Shown piece after piece: positions 1 to 14,699 of a DNA stretch of 64,000 nt; position 1 is the first letter of the stretch, and each line of letters begins with the position of its first letter. This DNA is from Octopus sinensis (Eukaryota). The notes under the pieces are model-generated. The model made no database searches, was not told where the DNA came from, and was given only the letters and a program-made list of their open reading frames with translations. The DNA lies in the NCBI RefSeq assembly GCF_006345805.1, contig NC_043009.1, positions 21,762,001 to 21,826,000 of the forward strand, written 5' to 3'. Position numbers and translations under genes: made by a program.

Positions 1-686
<686 letters not shown>

Positions 687-985
687 GTAGGTCCCGGTTT
701 GCTTCGGGGTTAACCACAGTAAATAAGGTACTCAATACATAGCAGAGTAAAATTAATTTATTATATAGAAGGAGCTTCTACAGGACTAGAACTGTTTCAT
801 TCAAGAGAAATCTTCAGGAAGCTAGTTAACAAGAATTGTATTGGCATTTATACATTTAGGCAGGTTTAAAGGGGTGGTACTTGGGGGAGTGGTCAAGGAG
901 TCAGTGGTAAATTAGATAAAAGAATAAAAAAATATATAGAAGAATAGAGTTTTAGGTAAATAAGGAGATTCTCACTTATACCTAT
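687..985 (-). mobile_element. PLE-type 3'-terminal remnant carrying a hammerhead ribozyme
   Basis: Unique island between microsatellites; HHR lies ~90 nt upstream of an end that abuts (TA)n, the same layout as the Neptune element in this window. Confidence 0.6.
773..823 (-). ncRNA. Type I hammerhead ribozyme motif
   Basis: Minus strand AGCTTC-CTGAAGA-TTTC/TCTT/GAAT-GAAA-CAG-ttctagtc-CTG-TA-GAAGCT: 6-bp stem I, intact core, 4-bp stem III, GUA cleavage triplet; U-U mismatch at the base of stem II. Confidence 0.75.
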
Positions 986-2760
<1,775 letters not shown>

Positions 2761-3239
2761 CCCAATTTACACCCACATAGCAATCCCAGATATATTCATC
2801 CATACATGGACGGCACGGCGTGCGTGAAGCACATGCACACAATAAACACTTACGTCACCCCCCAATACACACTCATATACATACGTATCAAGCTCGACAT
2901 CCACAGCAATACGCTTACACCCACTCACACCCATATGGGTGAATTGCACAACCAGGGAACGCACACACACACGTGTGCGTATTTTGATTGTGCAACTCGC
3001 CATATGCATGTATGCGGCGCGATTACATTGTTGCACATATCGAGCCCACTACGCATGCATATGTACATGTGAGGGGGTAACACGTACATGCCGTGCGCGT
3101 GTACCCCCTGCATTTATACCCGTGCGTGAATATACACATGGGACTACCCACACAGGTACAATGTGTATAGTATGGAGCCCCATCACTACACTCAATGTAT
3201 ACTCCTCTCACCCCGCACGGATTGAAAGCGATCTCCGGT

Positions 3240-5100
3240 GTATATGTTGAGGCTTATATGTAGGGCTGTGGAGTTGAACGTCGTTGAAATTGTGAATGAA
3301 TGGGTGGAGTTGGAATTGTAACCGGGTGGTGGGCTAGCGTTGCTTGGAATTGGGATGAATAGTGTAGTAGTAAGGCAGGTATCGAGAATAGATTTGGGTT
3401 ACTGCAAGTTGTTTGTTAGAGCTGCTAAGATGAGCTAAAGCTCATAATTGTATATAATAATTTATTATGGTAGTTTTATTAAGAATCCATTCATAATAAA
3501 TTTGTTTAAGTAGTGTTGGTTGCCACGTGGATATAGTTTTTAGTTCCATTATTCTATTTCTCCATTCATAATTTTGAATGACGTTTACTTTCCATGGCGC
3601 GTATCTTTTTTTTTTTTTTTTTTTACATAAGTTATATTTCTATGGTAACGTAATTTTGGTTTGGTTTTTTTAACGGCTAAGAATTTAATTTCACTTCATA
3701 ATTTGAAACTGACTTGTAAGTATGTATTTTATTTCTCCTTATGTCATATTGTTATTTTTGATATCTGGTTAATTACGATGTTTTAATGTTTTTTTTGGAG
3801 TGTTTATGTATATGATATTGTGTGTGAGTTTTTAGTGTATAATTTATTTATCTGTATGAGTGTGGGTGGTGTAATATTGTTGTATATATCGAGTTTTAGT
3901 GAGTATGTATATGCGTATATGTGAGGGAGTATATGTTCTGTTGTTTGTGTGTTTGGCGTGTGTGTGTGTTGGGTGTTGAATGTGTATATGGGTTTGTTAT
4001 TTAGTTTTGGGATTATGTGTTAATTGTCTGTGTTGGGAGGGAGTGGTTTTTGTTGTATATTGAGGTTATAAGTTAGTATAGGTGTGATAAGTCGTGGGTC
4101 TGTGGTTACGTGTGTGTTTTTGTGTGTGAATGTTTAGGTTAGGGGGATTGCTATATAGGTTTGTTATAGAGTTTAGCAAAGGGAGATTTTATCGTTTCAT
4201 GTTTTTAAGAGTTTTTGGTTTATCATGGTTTTTTTAGGGAATTCGTGGTAATTTGTCTATTTTCGATGTTGGGGTGTTTTATTACATTGTTTCATTCATA
4301 TTTTTGAGTGGTGTTCGTTTTGACACTGAATATTATTTTTATTCCATTTATTCCATTTCTCCATTCATTATTTAAAAGATGTTCGTTCCGTCTTCAGAGC
4401 GTTATACTTTTTATACATATGTTAAGTTCCTTGGTAAAGTAATTTGTTTGGTGTATATGTGAGGCTTATATGTACTTGTGGTGTGTGTGAGTGGGGTGGG
4501 TGTTTTGTATTTGTTATGGGTGTGTGATTTACGTGTGTGTATTTGTGTGTGAATGTATAGGTTTAAAGGGATTGCTATATAAGTATGTTATAGTGTTTAG
4601 TACAGGAGGTTTATCATTTATGTTTTGTGAGTTTTAGCTTATCATGGTAGTTTTATAAAGAATCCATTCATAATTTTTGTGTTTATTTGTCTGTGTGGGG
4701 TGAGTGGGTTTTTGGAGTATATGTTGAGGTTATATGTATGTATAGGTATGTATAAGTGGTGTGGGTATTTGTATATGTCGTGGGTGTGTGTTTACGTGTG
4801 TGTATTTGGGTGTGAATGTTTAGGTTAGGGGATTGCTATATAGGTATGTTTATAGAGTTTAGTAAAGGGAGATTTTATCATTATATGTTTTTATGAGTTT
4901 TGGTTATCATGGTAGGTTTGTTAAGGAATTCGTAGTAATTTGTGTCTATTTGCGATGTCTGTTGTTTTATCGCATTTGTTCATTCATAATTTTTAAGTAG
5001 TGTTCGTTTTTACCAAGTGAATATAATTTTATGTCCTTTATTCCATTTCTCCGTTCATAATTTTAAGTGATGTCCGTTTTCTAGAGCGTGAATGTGGGTT
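3240..5100 (+). repeat. Degenerate GT-rich tandem array, about 4 recognisable units of ~260-430 bp
   Basis: Recurring anchors atgttgaggctt, gggattgctatat (4143, 4568, 4828), ttatcatgg and ccatttctccattcata. Confidence 0.7.
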
Positions 5101-5526
5101 GTATGTGTGTGTGTGTGGGAGTATGAATAAGTATTGTGTTGAAGTATTTAGCTATTTATTTATTATAGTGTGCCTAGACGTTTTTATGTGTATGTATAGG
5201 GATATATATATAGGGGTGTGATTAGTGTATGTAGTTAGATATGGTTATATATAATTAGGTATATGGGGGTATGGGGTGTATATATAGTTTATTATGTATT
5301 ATTATTATTTTTTTGTTTTGTTTTATATTTTATATTTTATATTTTATATTTTATATTTAATTTTGATAGGTTTATTTTAGTTTATATATTGTTTATATAT
5401 GATTATATAGGATTATATCTAGGTTATATATGGATTATTATTTATATTTTTTCATCATACTTTAATTATTATATATTTTAAATTATTATTTTATATTTTA
5501 AAATATTGATATTGTAGATTGGAAGT

Positions 5527-5568
5527 CCACCTGAAGATTGTCGATCGACCAAGAAACAATTGTAGTGG
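5527..5568 (+). ncRNA. Type I hammerhead ribozyme motif with palindromic stem III
   Basis: CCAC-CTGAAGA-TTGTC/GATC/GACCAA-GAAACAATTGTA-GTGG; ACAATTGT is self-complementary; predicted cleavage after A5564. Confidence 0.7.
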
Positions 5569-5664
5569 CGGTTTTTTGACTATTTATTTAAAATTTTATG
5601 TATTGATTAAGTCTTTCCTTGTTGTTTTGCAAAATAGTGGTTTTGTCTCTAATAATATTTTATA

Positions 5665-6094
5665 CACATATATATATATATACATACATATATATATTTA
5701 TATACCCACACCTACACATACACACATATATACATATATACATACATATACACACATACTCACACACACACATATATATACATACATACACATACACATA
5801 CTTATATATATATACATACACATACACATGCACATACGTATAACTCTACATACCCACATATATATATATACATATATACACACATGTATATATACACATA
5901 TATATGTATATATACACACACACATATATACCCATCTACAATCTGTATATACACACACATACATGCACATACACATAACTTTACATACCTACATATACAT
6001 CGACATACTCGCGTACACTTATATATATATATACACATACACATACATATACACATATATATATATACATACACAAATATATATACACACACAC

Positions 6095-6129
<35 letters not shown>

Positions 6130-6142
6130 TACACTACCATAC

Positions 6143-6236
<94 letters not shown>

Positions 6237-6252
6237 TACTATATATATATAT
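5665..6252. repeat. (TA)n/(TACA)n microsatellite
   Basis: Seen directly. Confidence 0.9.
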
Positions 6253-6768
6253 CAACAATTGAGGGAAAGTTAATTAGTTATAATCAATTTCACCAAGTAT
6301 TCAGTATGTAAAAGGACCATTATTTTTTGGAGTAAACATTGTCTGAGAGAAATTTCTTTAAGTAGTGGAAATGGCTAAAAAACTGTTTTGGCTGCTATTT
6401 CTAGAAAGTTCAGTATGTGGCAAAGTAATTTATTTTACTAAGCCCTAATTATATAATATTTTATTATACATACACATACATACACATACATATACCATAC
6501 ATATGCATGCACACATATATACATATATACACACACACCACACACATACATATATACTATTTTTTTTACATACATACACACACACACAACCTATACATGC
6601 GTATATTCCTACTATCCCATACATTTCTATACATATATACGATACACATATACAGCGTGCACATACAATATTTGAAAGGTCTTAGGAGAAAAGGTAATCG
6701 GGGGTGCTAGGGGAACGGTGGGATTGGGGGTTTGTGGGTGGGGTGTCATCAATGGTTGCCGGGTAGGT

Positions 6769-8109
6769 CTATAGTTCTTGTAGTTTGCATAATTCTTATG
6801 CATGCAATTTGGGGAGTGTTCTGAGATCTGTTAAGGAGAGGGCCTTTGGCGAACAAGATCTGTAGGCCTCTCCGAATGCAAAGGTCACAGCAGTATGGCC
6901 TCCTGTGTACGAACGCGCTTCTGTAGTAGTTCCACTAATCTTGAAGGGGATGGAGTTCCTTTTAAGGTACCAGATTGTGGGCGGCGAGGGTAGTTTGGTG
7001 GATTTATCGGGGTCGCTTGAACGAGTGTGTGTGGGCGTACCAACGGGTCTATAAAGCTGTTTGACGTCATTCCGATGTAGGATTTTCTTTTATCGTCAGG
7101 CCTGATCTTACTCGCATGTATATACTAGGTCCCTCTGTAGGCAGTTGTTGTGAGGGGGCAGGTGGTTTATCAGGGCAGTTGCAATTGCTATCGGACGTTG
7201 GATGGGCCTCGGAAAAAGTAGATATATTAAGTTTTTCACATTGTTGTTGGCTAGGTTCCAGGCTAGATTGGGCGTGGTAGAGTAGGAGAGTCTAATAGTG
7301 TTCTTATTTAGGATAGTGTAGTACTTATGTGGGTGGGGAAGTGTTTCTGGAGGAGAGTGAAGAAGATTTTAGCTATCAAGGTAGCGACCTCACGGTTGAA
7401 GGGGGGGTTGTACCAGCTAATGTTCTTCGTCTATTTTTCCTGGGTTGGCGTGGGGCTATACTAGTATAGGTAATCTTCTTTAAAGCCACTGCGGGCCAGG
7501 GCCTCGTTGTAATAGGGGGCTGCGCCTTAAAGATATCTTCTAATTGAGACACTTTTACTAGGTTATCTACTATATTTTTGGGTGGTTGGAATTACTATCT
7601 ATATATCTAAGGGATTCATTGGGTTTGTGGTACGGGTAATAAAGTGAGGTTTTTAAGTCGATGGTGACGTCAAGGAAGTTCGCTTTGTTAAGTTGGATTC
7701 TAAGGTAATCCTAAGGCCTAAGTTTTTAAAGAAGGTGTAAAGATTTTTCCGGAACCCATCCGTGGTTCCTGGGGTTTATTTTGTGGAGGGTGAAAAGCCG
7801 CGTCATCGCGGTAAAGACCACCGGAGAGGCCTGTGAATAGGGTTTTCAGCCTATGGAGGATGAAAAGGCCCACTAGGTCACTTATTTCAGCCGGTCGCTA
7901 GCACCCATGCTGACGTCGAAGGGGTCACAGATTTTTTGTTGATCAGTGGGATCCGTCATGGAAAGAAAAGTCTTACGTGCGTGGAGGATACATCTTTCTC
8001 GGCCTCGGTGATGTGGAGGACCTCCTGGCGAGTTATCGCGTCGATCAGCAAGCTCTCCGATATGGAGGCGTAGTAATCTTCGATATCCAGATTTAGGAAT
8101 CAGGTGTTG
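6769..8109 (-). pseudogene. Naiad-like Penelope retroelement, C-terminal RT + GIY-YIG endonuclease, heavily frameshifted and cut by the gap
   Basis: Pieced-together minus-strand motifs: FLNLDIEDYYASIS (~8070-8100), HARKTFL, FDVSMGASD (~7904-7920), GLYRDD (~7800-7820), FLDVTIDL, WYNPPFNREV (~7387-7416), CNC..CPL..CL, KSYIGMTSN (~7066-7086), IWYLK, CDLC, LLNR..CMH. YRDD, WxNPPF and the Cys-rich EN are the Naiad pattern as I recall it. Confidence 0.75.
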
Positions 8110-8209
8110 NNNNNNNNNNNNNNNNNNNNNNNNNNNNNNNNNNNNNNNNNNNNNNNNNNNNNNNNNNNNNNNNNNNNNNNNNNNNNNNNNNNNNNNNNNN
8201 NNNNNNNNN
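8110..8209. other. Assembly gap (100 N)
   Basis: Run of N. Confidence 1.
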
Positions 8210-10863
8210 TCCTGGACAAACTGGACCAGGGGTAACACCATTCTACTGCTGGGAGATTTTAACCTTCCAAAAGTCAAATGGCCAGATGGCCATCTCCTCC
8301 CTGGAATGACATCACTTGAACAGAGACAGACAGAGTCCTTGTTGGCTCTCACACGCAAGTTTTTCATGGAGCAAGCAGTGCTTTGGCAACAAGAGGTGAG
8401 AATGTCTTGGACCTCTGTTCACAAGAACCCGATGCTCATCCACAACATAATGGTAACACCCAACAATTCTCTCAGATCACAACTTAGTAGAGGTAATGAT
8501 ATATGGTATGAGAGAGTTAGTTGAGACGCAGCCATTAGAAATACCACAGGCCTATCAGTCTAAACTTCCATAGGCAAACTGGAAGAAGATCAACGAAGAG
8601 ATCCGAAAAACATGACTGGAGTGACTTCATCACCACAAGACACCAACACACATTTCCAACATTTCATGACAACAATACAGAACATATGCCATAAGTTTGT
8701 CCGGAGAAAAAGCCAGCGGGCATAGGAACATATTCCAGAGACAGGAAAATACTTATGAGGCGAAGAGCTAAGCTCTCGAAGCAACTGAATGCACGGCAGA
8801 GAAACAATGAGGGACTCCACCTGAAACTTTTGAAACGGAAACTGCCACTCAAAACTCCTATGAGAAGGAGAGGGCAGAGAGAGAAGCCAGGGCCATAGAG
8901 AATATTAAACAAACCCTAAAGCCTTCTTTAATTTGCGAAAGAAAACCACCTCGGTACACTGCAAGATTGGCCCACTCTTTGATAAAAGGGCTCTTTAACT
9001 GAGGACCCCCAAGGGATAAGTGAAATACTAAAGGAACAGTATAACAGTGTGTTCCATCCCTCTGGGGCACATGCAATCACAAACCCAGAAGTTTTTCTTT
9101 GATGCCACAACACTCCAAAACAAACAACAACCTCGACCACATAGACATAACAGAGAGGGATGTAATATCTGCCATAGAAGAAATGAGAAATAGAAACTCA
9201 GCTGCTGGACCAGATGGATCCCAGCAGTCCTCCTAAAAACATGCAGGCATGCCCTAGCGGGACCACTGAAGAAGCTCTTCAGTGGTTCCTTGGCTAACGG
9301 TAAACTGCCCAGGGCGCTAAAAGAAGGCACCATATGCCCTATCCACAAAAGGAGGAGGAGTAGAGGCAGAGGCCAAAAACTACAGGCCAGTCTCCCTGAC
9401 GTCACACATAAGTAAGGTCATGGAACGAATCATCAGAAAAAAACTGATCACGTTCCTCGAAGAAACTAACCGTCTCATGACACACAGCATGGCTTTCGCC
9501 CAGGAAGAAGCTGCCTTACGCAGCTGTTACAAACACTACGACGGGTACTGAAACAACTACTGGATCGCTCACAGGTGGATGTGGTATATCTCGACTTTGC
9601 GAAGGCTTTGACAAAGTCGACCACGGAGTGATATGTCACAAATTACTCAGACTCGGCATAACAGGAAAAGTAGTGGTGAGTGGATACATGACTTCCTGAA
9701 GGACAGAAGCCAGATGGTTGCAGCCAATGGAGCCCTCTCGGGAAAGACACCAATAGCAAGCGGGGTGCCACAGGGCACAGTCTTGGGACCCTTGCTGTTT
9801 TGGTGGTGCACTCTCTGACATGCCCTTGGTAGCACAAAAACATCCCTCACTAGCTATGCTGATGACACAAAGGTAGCACAGGCAATCAAAAACCCAGCTG
9901 ATGCTGACCTTTTACAACAAGATCTGGATGCCATATACAAATGGGCTGAAGACAACAACATGCAATTTAATGCTAGTAAATTTCAAGCCTTACAATATCA
10001 AGCTGTAAACACATATACATACAAACACAACTATACTGGTCCAGGAGGGGATCGAAATCCCAGTATCGAAATCAATACGGGACCTGGGGATAGACATGAG
10101 TGACGATGCATCTTTTTCTTCACACATCGCGAAGGTGGCGACAATGTGCAGACGACTCACTGGCTGGATCCTGAGGATATTCCGGACAAGAGACTGCGAG
10201 ACCATGTTCACACTATGGAGGACATTTGTCCTAAGCCGCCTGGACTACTGCTCCCAACTGTGGTCACCGCATAGTGTCAAACTAACACAGAGCTTGAGAC
10301 AATCCAAAGACATTTCACCAAGAGGATTTCCACCATGAAAGAAAAGAACTATTGGGAGAGCTTAGGAACTCAATTTGTACTCCTTGGAACGAAGACGAGA
10401 GAGATATGCAGTGATATACATATGGAAAATCCTGGAGGGACTAGCACCAAATTTTGGAATTGAGAGCTGTTCCAATCCCCGTACAGGACGTCACTGTGTG
10501 GTGCCAAAGGTCCCGTCTTCCACAATCCAGGGTAAGGAGCAGATACTGTAATAGCCTGGGGTTCAGGGGCCCTCAGCTGTTCAACAAACTGCCAAGAAAA
10601 CTAAGAGATCTACATGATGCGGATGTGGACATTTTCAAAAACATCTAGACAAGCTGCTTTCCGGGATCCCAGATGAACCCACTGCAAGGTACGAAGGTAA
10701 CCTAAGGGCAGCAGCTACAAACTCTCTCTTAGATCAGTGGCCACCACGGCAAACTGGACTTGGAGAGGGTTAGCAACAAGGGTAGGTAACAAGGGCGGTG
10801 CCCAGCATGGCCTCAGCCGATGGCTGAATGGAAACCAGTAAAAGAGTAAAAGAGTTAAAGAGT
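8210..10863 (+). mobile_element. CR1-clade LINE (end of APE endonuclease + RT + 3' tail), frameshifted, 5' part lost in the gap
   Basis: LGDFNLPKVKW, AGPDG, KNYRPVSLTSHISKVMERI, QHGFRPGRSCLTQLL, DVVYLDFAKAFDKVDH, SGVPQGTVLGPLLF, SYADDTK, RLDYCSQLWSP; ends in (AGTAAAAG)n repeats joined to (TA)n. Confidence 0.9.
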
Positions 10864-11113
10864 ATGTATATATATATGTATATATATATATGTATAGATA
10901 TATATATATATGTTGTTATATATATATATATATGTATATTATATATGTATATATATTACGGTATATATACTATATATATATATATATGTATATATAATAT
11001 ATATATATGATTATATACCGTGTATATATATATATATGTATATATATATGTATATATGAATTATATATGTATTATATATGTATATATATTATATATATAT
11101 ATATATTATATAT

Positions 11114-11144
<31 letters not shown>

Positions 11145-11598
11145 GTATACTTATAATGGTTATTTATATATTAGATATGTATATACATCTATATGTTATA
11201 TGAATAAAAAAAATGGAGTTAAGCCGTTGTTACCGCAGGTTTTAAACAAGTATTTTTACTTTCTACGCATGTTTGAAATTCACTGATAATATTCAAAAGA
11301 ATAAATGGTTATAATAAAACAATGCATCTTCTCTTCGGATAGTTTCAACCTTTAGAAAACAAGGAGGAGTTAAACACATCTTTCTTGTGAGATTTGCTGC
11401 CCTGGTAACTATTATTTATTTTCCGTGTTAATTATTACAATGGTAAAAAAACACTCATTTTATTTATATGTATATATATGAGATATATGTTATAATATAT
11501 ATAATGTATATATATATATGTATATATATATATTATTATATATATATATATATATATATAAAGTATATATATATGTATATAATATATATATATATATA
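10864..11598. repeat. (TA)n tracts with a ~260-bp unique island (~11200-11460)
   Basis: Seen directly. Confidence 0.85.
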
Positions 11599-12702
11599 TT
11601 TAATCCAAAGGGAAACAAAAAAAACAAAAAACAACAACAACAGGAACAATTACAGTATTATTATTAATAGGCGCTCAGGAGATGGAAGCAGGGAGGTATG
11701 ACGTTTCGAGCGGAGCTCTTCGTCGAAACATAAAGAAAGAAGGAGAGAGAGAGAAGAGAAAGAAAGATCCCAGAGCGGGCAACAGGGAAAGAGAAAAAAG
11801 ACGACTGGTGTTTACGAGTTGCACATGGTGAAGGCGGATGTTGACGATAACAAGAGCAAAGTGGGTTTTTAAAGGCAAAAGAGTGGAGACAAGGTTGGTA
11901 ACCCAACAGATGTGTGTGTATGTGTGAGTGTGTGCATGTGCGTGTGTGTATGTGTGTGTGTGAGGCGAGATGAAAAAAACAAAAAATATGTGTGTGTTAG
12001 TGTGTGCGTCTGTGTGTAGGCGTGTGAGGTAGGCGAGACTAGTGGTCAGCTAGCAGACGAGGTCAGTACTAAGAAAAGAAGGAAGGAGGAAGGGAGGTCA
12101 GTAGTAAGAAAAAGAAGGAAGGAGGAAGGAGGAGGGGAAGGGTGGGGGGGCGTATGTAGCGTGCCAGCGTGTGTTGAGTAGTAGTGTGTGTGTGTGTCCA
12201 GTGTCGTGGTGGTATTAATGGCGAGTAGATTGAATGTGTGTAAGAGTGATGTATATATATAGGCAAGGTGTGTATATGTGTGCGCGTGTGTGTAACGAAA
12301 AAGGGGGGGGGTTAAGGAAAAAGGACTCCAGCTGAGGGGAAGATGGAAGAGTGGTACCGCGGAGACAGGCGTGGGAAAACCCAACGACACGCGACGGTCC
12401 CAGGAACGGGCGGGAGGTCTCGTCAGGTCCAAGGGCGAGGTGTATGCGGCGCGTATGCAGCGCGAGCCGGCGCAAGTGCGTATGTGCGCGTGCCTGCGAG
12501 TATGCGCGTAAGTATGTATGTGTGTGGATGTGTGAGTGTGTCTGTGTGTATGTCTGGGTGGCAGTGTGTCCGATGAATGTATGTGAGTATGTGTGTATGT
12601 ATGTGTGTGCATAGATGTATGTCCGTGTGTGTGTGTGTATGTGTGTGAGTGTGTATGTATGTACGTGTGGGTGTGGGGAAGTGTGTGTATGTGCATGTGT
12701 GT
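11599..12702 (-). repeat. 3' pseudo-LTR copy of the Neptune PLE
   Basis: Aligns almost base for base with 17860-18947. Confidence 0.92.
11694..11733 (-). ncRNA. Minimal hammerhead motif (one C missing in the core relative to the 17.9-kb copy)
   Basis: gtttCGACGA-A-GAGC/TCC/GCTC-GAAACGTC. Confidence 0.5.
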
Positions 12703-14699
12703 GCGCGTACATACAGGTGTGTGAGTGAGTGTGTGTGTGTGTATGTATGTGTGAGTGTGTATGTATGTGTGTGTCGGATGCATGTATGTGTATGGGTGTA
12801 TGTATGCGTGTGTGTATGTATGTATGTGTACGTGCGTGTGTGTGTGTGTATGCGTGTAGGTGTGCGCGTGTGCATGCATGCATGCATGTGCGTATGTGTG
12901 TGTGTGTGTGCATGTGTGTGGGTATATATGTATGTGCGTATATGTGTGTGTATGTGCGTACATGTGTGTTGTGTGTATGCATGTGTGTGTATGTAGGTGT
13001 GTAGGCGTGTGTGTATAGGTGTATGTATGTAAGTATGTGTGGGTGTGTCCGTGTATGTGTGTGTATGTATGTGTGTGTATGTGTGTGGGCGTGTGTATAT
13101 GTGTGTGTATGTAGGTGTGTGGGCGTGTGTATATAGGTGTATGTGTGTATGTCTGGGTGTGTCCGTGCATGTTGTGTGTGTGTGTGTGTGTATGCATGTG
13201 TATGTGGGTGTGTGTGTACGTGTGTAATGTATGTGTGTATGCGTGTGTATGCGTGCGTGTGTGTATGTAGGTGCGTGTGTATGTGTGTGGGAGTGTAGGT
13301 GTGTGGTGTGCGTGTGCGTGTTTATGTTGGTGTGTGCGTATGTGAGTGTGAGTGTATGGGTGTTTGTCATGCATGTGTGTGCGCGTGCAGGTGAGTGTGT
13401 GTGTAAGTATGTGTGTGTGTATGTTTGTGTGAGTGTGTAAGTGTGTATGTCTTTGTGTATGTATGTGCGTATAGGAGTATGTGGGTATGTGTGTATGTAT
13501 GTATATGGGTGTATGTATGTATGTGTGTGTGTGTGCATGTGTATAAGTATATGTGTGTGTGCGTATGTGTGTATATGTGTATGTGTGTGTGTTTATGTAT
13601 GTGTGTATGTATGTGTGTAGGCGTGTGTGTGTAGATGTATGTATGGGTGTGTGTCCGTGTGTGTTTGTGTGTGTGTGTAGGTAGATGTGTGTGTCTGAGT
13701 GAGGGTATGGCTGTGTAGGTGTGTGTGTGTATGAATGTAAGTGTGTGTGTATACAAGTGTAATGTATGTATGTAGGTGTGTGTGTGTGTGTGTATGTGTA
13801 CGTGTGCGTGTGTATGTGTGTGTGTGTATGCGTGTGAGTGTGAGTGTATGGGTGTATGTCTGTGTGTGTGTATGTCTGAAGTAGGTATGTATGTATGTGT
13901 GTGTGTGTGTGCAGGTATGTGTGTGTATGTGTGTGTGTGAGTAGGTGTGCGTGTATGTATGTGGGTAGGGATGCATGCGAGTGTGTGGGTATGTATGCAT
14001 ACATACGTACGCGCACATCCGAAGCAAGCCCACACGCACAAAGCGCGCTCACGCACACAACGCACAAGCAGTACAACGCAAGCCCAAGGGGCCGACCAAG
14101 CCCCCAGCGCGCGCCAAGGCGCGCGAGCGCAAAGGCCCTCGAACGCCCCGCTACGCGGGAACCGAGGATCCATCAGCCAAAACCGGAAAGCAGAAAAGAG
14201 GGGGGGCTGCCTGGATGCAAAAAGGTGTATGTGTGTGTGCATTCAGTGTAAGGGTGTGCATGTGTGGGCATGTATGTATGTATGTGCCTACATGTATGTT
14301 TGCATGTGTGTGTGTGAAGTATGTACGTGCGGTGTGTGTGTGTGTGAGTGTGTGTGTATGTATGTGCGTATGTATGTGTGTGTATGTGTGTATGTATGTC
14401 TGTGTGTGTGTGTGTGTGTGTAAGTATGTATGTGTGTGCGTATGTATGTATGTGTGTGTGTATGTGCATGTTGGTTTGTATGTTAGTGTGTGCTAGTATG
14501 TCTGTAAGTGTGTGTGATTAAATGTGTGAATGTATGTACGTAAATGGGTCTGCGTATGTGTGTGTGTGAACAGCGTGTGGGAGGTAGGTGGTTGGGTGTG
14601 TGTGGGAGGTAGGTGGGTGGGTGTGTGCGTGTGGGAGGCGGGTGGGGGGGTGTGTGGGGTGGTGTGCCAAAAAAAAAAAAAAAAAAAAAAAAACAGATC

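Noticed and set aside
11255-11310. Possible HHR relic (minus strand TTGAATA...CAAACATGCGTAGAAAG)
   Set aside because: Both core segments are mutated and stem II does not fold convincingly.
12046-14076. 676-aa His/Thr-rich ORF, and the 501/417-aa ORFs at 18.3-20.1 kb
   Set aside because: Microsatellite read-through inside PLE UTRs or repeats; no domain content.
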